A DNA stretch of 24,927 nt from a virus. Taxonomy: Duplodnaviria; Caudoviricetes. Every line of letters starts with the position of its first letter. Within the stretch, counting starts at the first letter, position 1. A program made the position numbers and the translations under genes. The DNA lies in the IMG/VR virus record IMGVR_UViG_3300020045_007082, positions 1 to 24,927 of that record, one strand, 5' to 3'. Of this stretch, positions 22,716-24,927 are shown one piece after another. The notes under the pieces are model-generated. The model was given only the letters and a program-made list of their open reading frames with translations. It was not told where the DNA came from and did no database searches.

Positions 22716-24927
22716 TTATGGTATCGTCGGTACAGCCGTAATCCTACCCACAGCAGTCCAGTGCATCATTGTTGATCCTCCAGCAACACCTGTCACAAAG
22801 ACGTTATACGCGAGACCGCCTAGCACCGCGAATCCAATATAGCTCGCTTGTATAGGGGGATCATTGCGTATAGCAGTTTGAGAGGCAGTTCCGCTAATTG
22901 TAGCCGTTGAAGCACCAGCAATCCAGTATCCAGTGTATTTAACATGGGCTATCGCATTGGCGTTAGTCTTGCCCCAAGCCTCTATTTCAACGTAACAAAC
23001 ACAGTTAGCAGGCAGAGCTACTGAACCAAGAATATTGGATGCTGCGTTCTGTCCCTTATTTTGAAAAAAGAATGGGTATATCTTGGGGCCAAGCAATAAA
23101 GAACCATCTGGCTTCGCCAGAACAGTTCTCATGGTTTCATTTACAGAGGCTGTTTCTTGCCCAGGGACAAGCGACGCTAACTGCATGACCGCTTCTGTAG
23201 ACGTTACAAAACTCTTTCCATCCCATAACTTTTTGCTAAAGGAAGGAATGACGTTTTCAACACCTATGCCTGCACCTGTCGTTACCGCACTTAATATCGG
23301 CCATGTGTAGTACGTCGAATTGTCTACTGGTGGCCCGTCAAGGTAATAAGTCACATAGTTAGCTGTGTTTGCATTGCTTGTCAGCTTTATTGAGTCTCCC
23401 TTGAATAGATCAAGCATCTGTGGTCTAAGAGACGCACCAAAAATTGGAGCATCGGATAGACTCAGAAATGTATTTCCTACTGTAGAGATAGATTGACCAG
23501 CACCAGGAGCGCCAGATCCCTGGGCTTGGTTAGCAAAGATCCCTGCTGCATCTACCAGAACCTTATTTGTTCTAAACGCCGGAGAAACGTGTGGGCCGAC
23601 AGGAAGATTTCCCATGAGCTGTTTGGCAAGTTTTTGGCCCTTTGCCCACGCATCTTCTCCAGTATAATGGACGTCAAGAATAGTAGACATCCCCGTAGTA
23701 TCTATACAGGTTGCTCTGTCACCAACAATATCTGTGGCTAACTGAATTCCATTGAACTTGGGGAAGTTCTCTCGCATTTCTGTTGGAAGGTCTAACAACA
23801 ACCAAACAGTATCTGTCTTACTCCATCCCCACCTGTCTGGATCGTTGCAAGCCTCAATTACATTGACAAGATTCCCGCCGAACTCTAATCCTGATTTACT
23901 TGATGTGGCCTCATTTTCTCCAATAGCCATAATTACGATATGCGGGGCTGTTGTGACAGACTGTGCTGGGTCTTCTACATGAAGGGCCGCAAGAGCAGCA
24001 GCAATCTCTTCGCTCCATACTCGTCCAGTATGTGTGGTCGGCATATTGGCTGCATACTTCCACCCGTAGACAGGATCATCTATCATGGTTCCACCACGAA
24101 TGGTGGATATTGTCCGTACTTTATGTCCTGAGTACTGAGCAATCCAGTACGCAAGAGACTGCCCTACATTCGTACACTTTGCAGTCACGTCCTTAGTTCT
24201 CGGCATCCCAATATAAGGGCCGGTTCCTATGTCAGTGTACACGTCTGTCAAATCAACGTTGCGCCAAGAACGAGCATTCTGTGGGTTACCTGTTCCTGTC
24301 CCGTCTGTTGACCAATCTTTTACATTTGTCAGATCATTGATCGTATGGAGAGAGGGAAATAAGAACGGGTCTCCCCATCCCATATTAGATGTACCACCAA
24401 GAGCAATGACTATCTCTATGTTTAGCGGGACACTATTAATCAGCCTAATAACATCTTGGTACAGAGCATTGCTGGTCGTAGAGGTCAAGTACCCTGCATC
24501 GTTGGTAAGGACAGATACTGGGTCTCCATCATAGGTAAAGTTACCGTCTGTCAATGCACCATCAAACTGGGACTTGTCTCCACTCAACCCAACATTCGGA
24601 GCAGCAGCAGTTCCCGTATTGACAATAGGGGCGGTGACAGCAGTTGTCTGGTCGCCAGTGTTGTTCCCAACAAGACCCAGGTCTGCTTTCAGCGTTGCAA
24701 GTGTTTGTACTTCCGGCGCACCACTTCCTGCCGTCTTTCGGTAGAACAAACTTCCGGTAGCTACGTTCGCCATCTTCGCGAGCGTAACGGCTGCATTGGC
24801 AATCGTGGCGGCAAATGATCCTGTACCAGAACCAGTGACATCACCTGTGAGTGTGATTGTCTGGTCGCCAGTATTTGTTCCAGATAACGTGCCAGTTGCT
24901 CCGTCTGCTATGGTGATTCCTGAGTTT
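22716..24927 (-). CDS. Fibre protein with SGNH/SASA-type carbohydrate esterase domain (5' end outside window)
   Basis: Frame open from 24926 (NSGITIADGATGTLSGTNTGDQTITLTGDVTGSG...); NTGDQT shaft repeats; GGTSNMG, IGENE, DVHY blocks. Confidence 0.75.
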   Translation of the reverse strand, partial: NSGITIADGATGTLSGTNTGDQTITLTGDVTGSGTGSFAATIANAAVTLAKMANVATGSLFYRKTAGSGAPEVQTLATLKADLGLVGNNTGDQTTAVTAPIVNTGTAAAPNVGLSGDKSQFDGALTDGNFTYDGDPVSVLTNDAGYLTSTTSNALYQDVIRLINSVPLNIEIVIALGGTSNMGWGDPFLFPSLHTINDLTNVKDWSTDGTGTGNPQNARSWRNVDLTDVYTDIGTGPYIGMPRTKDVTAKCTNVGQSLAYWIAQYSGHKVRTISTIRGGTMIDDPVYGWKYAANMPTTHTGRVWSEEIAAALAALHVEDPAQSVTTAPHIVIMAIGENEATSSKSGLEFGGNLVNVIEACNDPDRWGWSKTDTVWLLLDLPTEMRENFPKFNGIQLATDIVGDRATCIDTTGMSTILDVHYTGEDAWAKGQKLAKQLMGNLPVGPHVSPAFRTNKVLVDAAGIFANQAQGSGAPGAGQSISTVGNTFLSLSDAPIFGASLRPQMLDLFKGDSIKLTSNANTANYVTYYLDGPPVDNSTYYTWPILSAVTTGAGIGVENVIPSFSKKLWDGKSFVTSTEAVMQLASLVPGQETASVNETMRTVLAKPDGSLLLGPKIYPFFFQNKGQNAASNILGSVALPANCVCYVEIEAWGKTNANAIAHVKYTGYWIAGASTATISGTASQTAIRNDPPIQASYIGFAVLGGLAYNVFVTGVAGGSTMMHWTAVGRITAVPTIP

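Noticed and set aside
12204-24818. Numerous plus-strand ORFs within the tail cluster
   Set aside because: Antisense shadows of well-supported minus-strand genes with no recognisable motifs

Overview
Fragment of a tailed dsDNA phage with a lambda/T1-style non-contractile tail module, probably infecting a proteobacterium (inference). Bases 11.3-24.9 kb are a minus-strand tail cluster: SGNH-esterase fibre (5' end beyond the window), tail terminator, tail tube, tail chaperone with an A-AAA-AAG -1 frameshift, HK97-gp10-like protein, tape measure, gpL-like, NlpC/P60, gpI/J-like tip, and two paralogous Dit-like genes placed after the tip gene. A divergent promoter region at ~8.2 kb drives a rightward operon (small ORFs, ERF recombinase, SSB-like, FN3 protein) and a leftward operon (RHH regulator, PD-(D/E)XK nuclease, replication initiator with internal iterons, NinB-like, C5-methyltransferase, NinG). 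The main oddity is that bases 1-2261 are a diverged inverted mirror of ~2954-5230 (MTase, small ORF, NinG, small ORF, GGTWTTTTCY array, hairpin, GP88-like gene). The mirror is joined at ~2261 inside the GP88 gene and at the 3' end of a packaging-type HNH gene, where a genome terminus is expected. This is most simply two related phage genomes fused head-to-head, by artefact or recent recombination. Comparing the arms exposes a candidate terminal module: GP88 gene, a hairpin conserved in structure but not sequence, a variable small gene, and a six-copy motif array. Family assignments are from motif recognition only; no searches were run.
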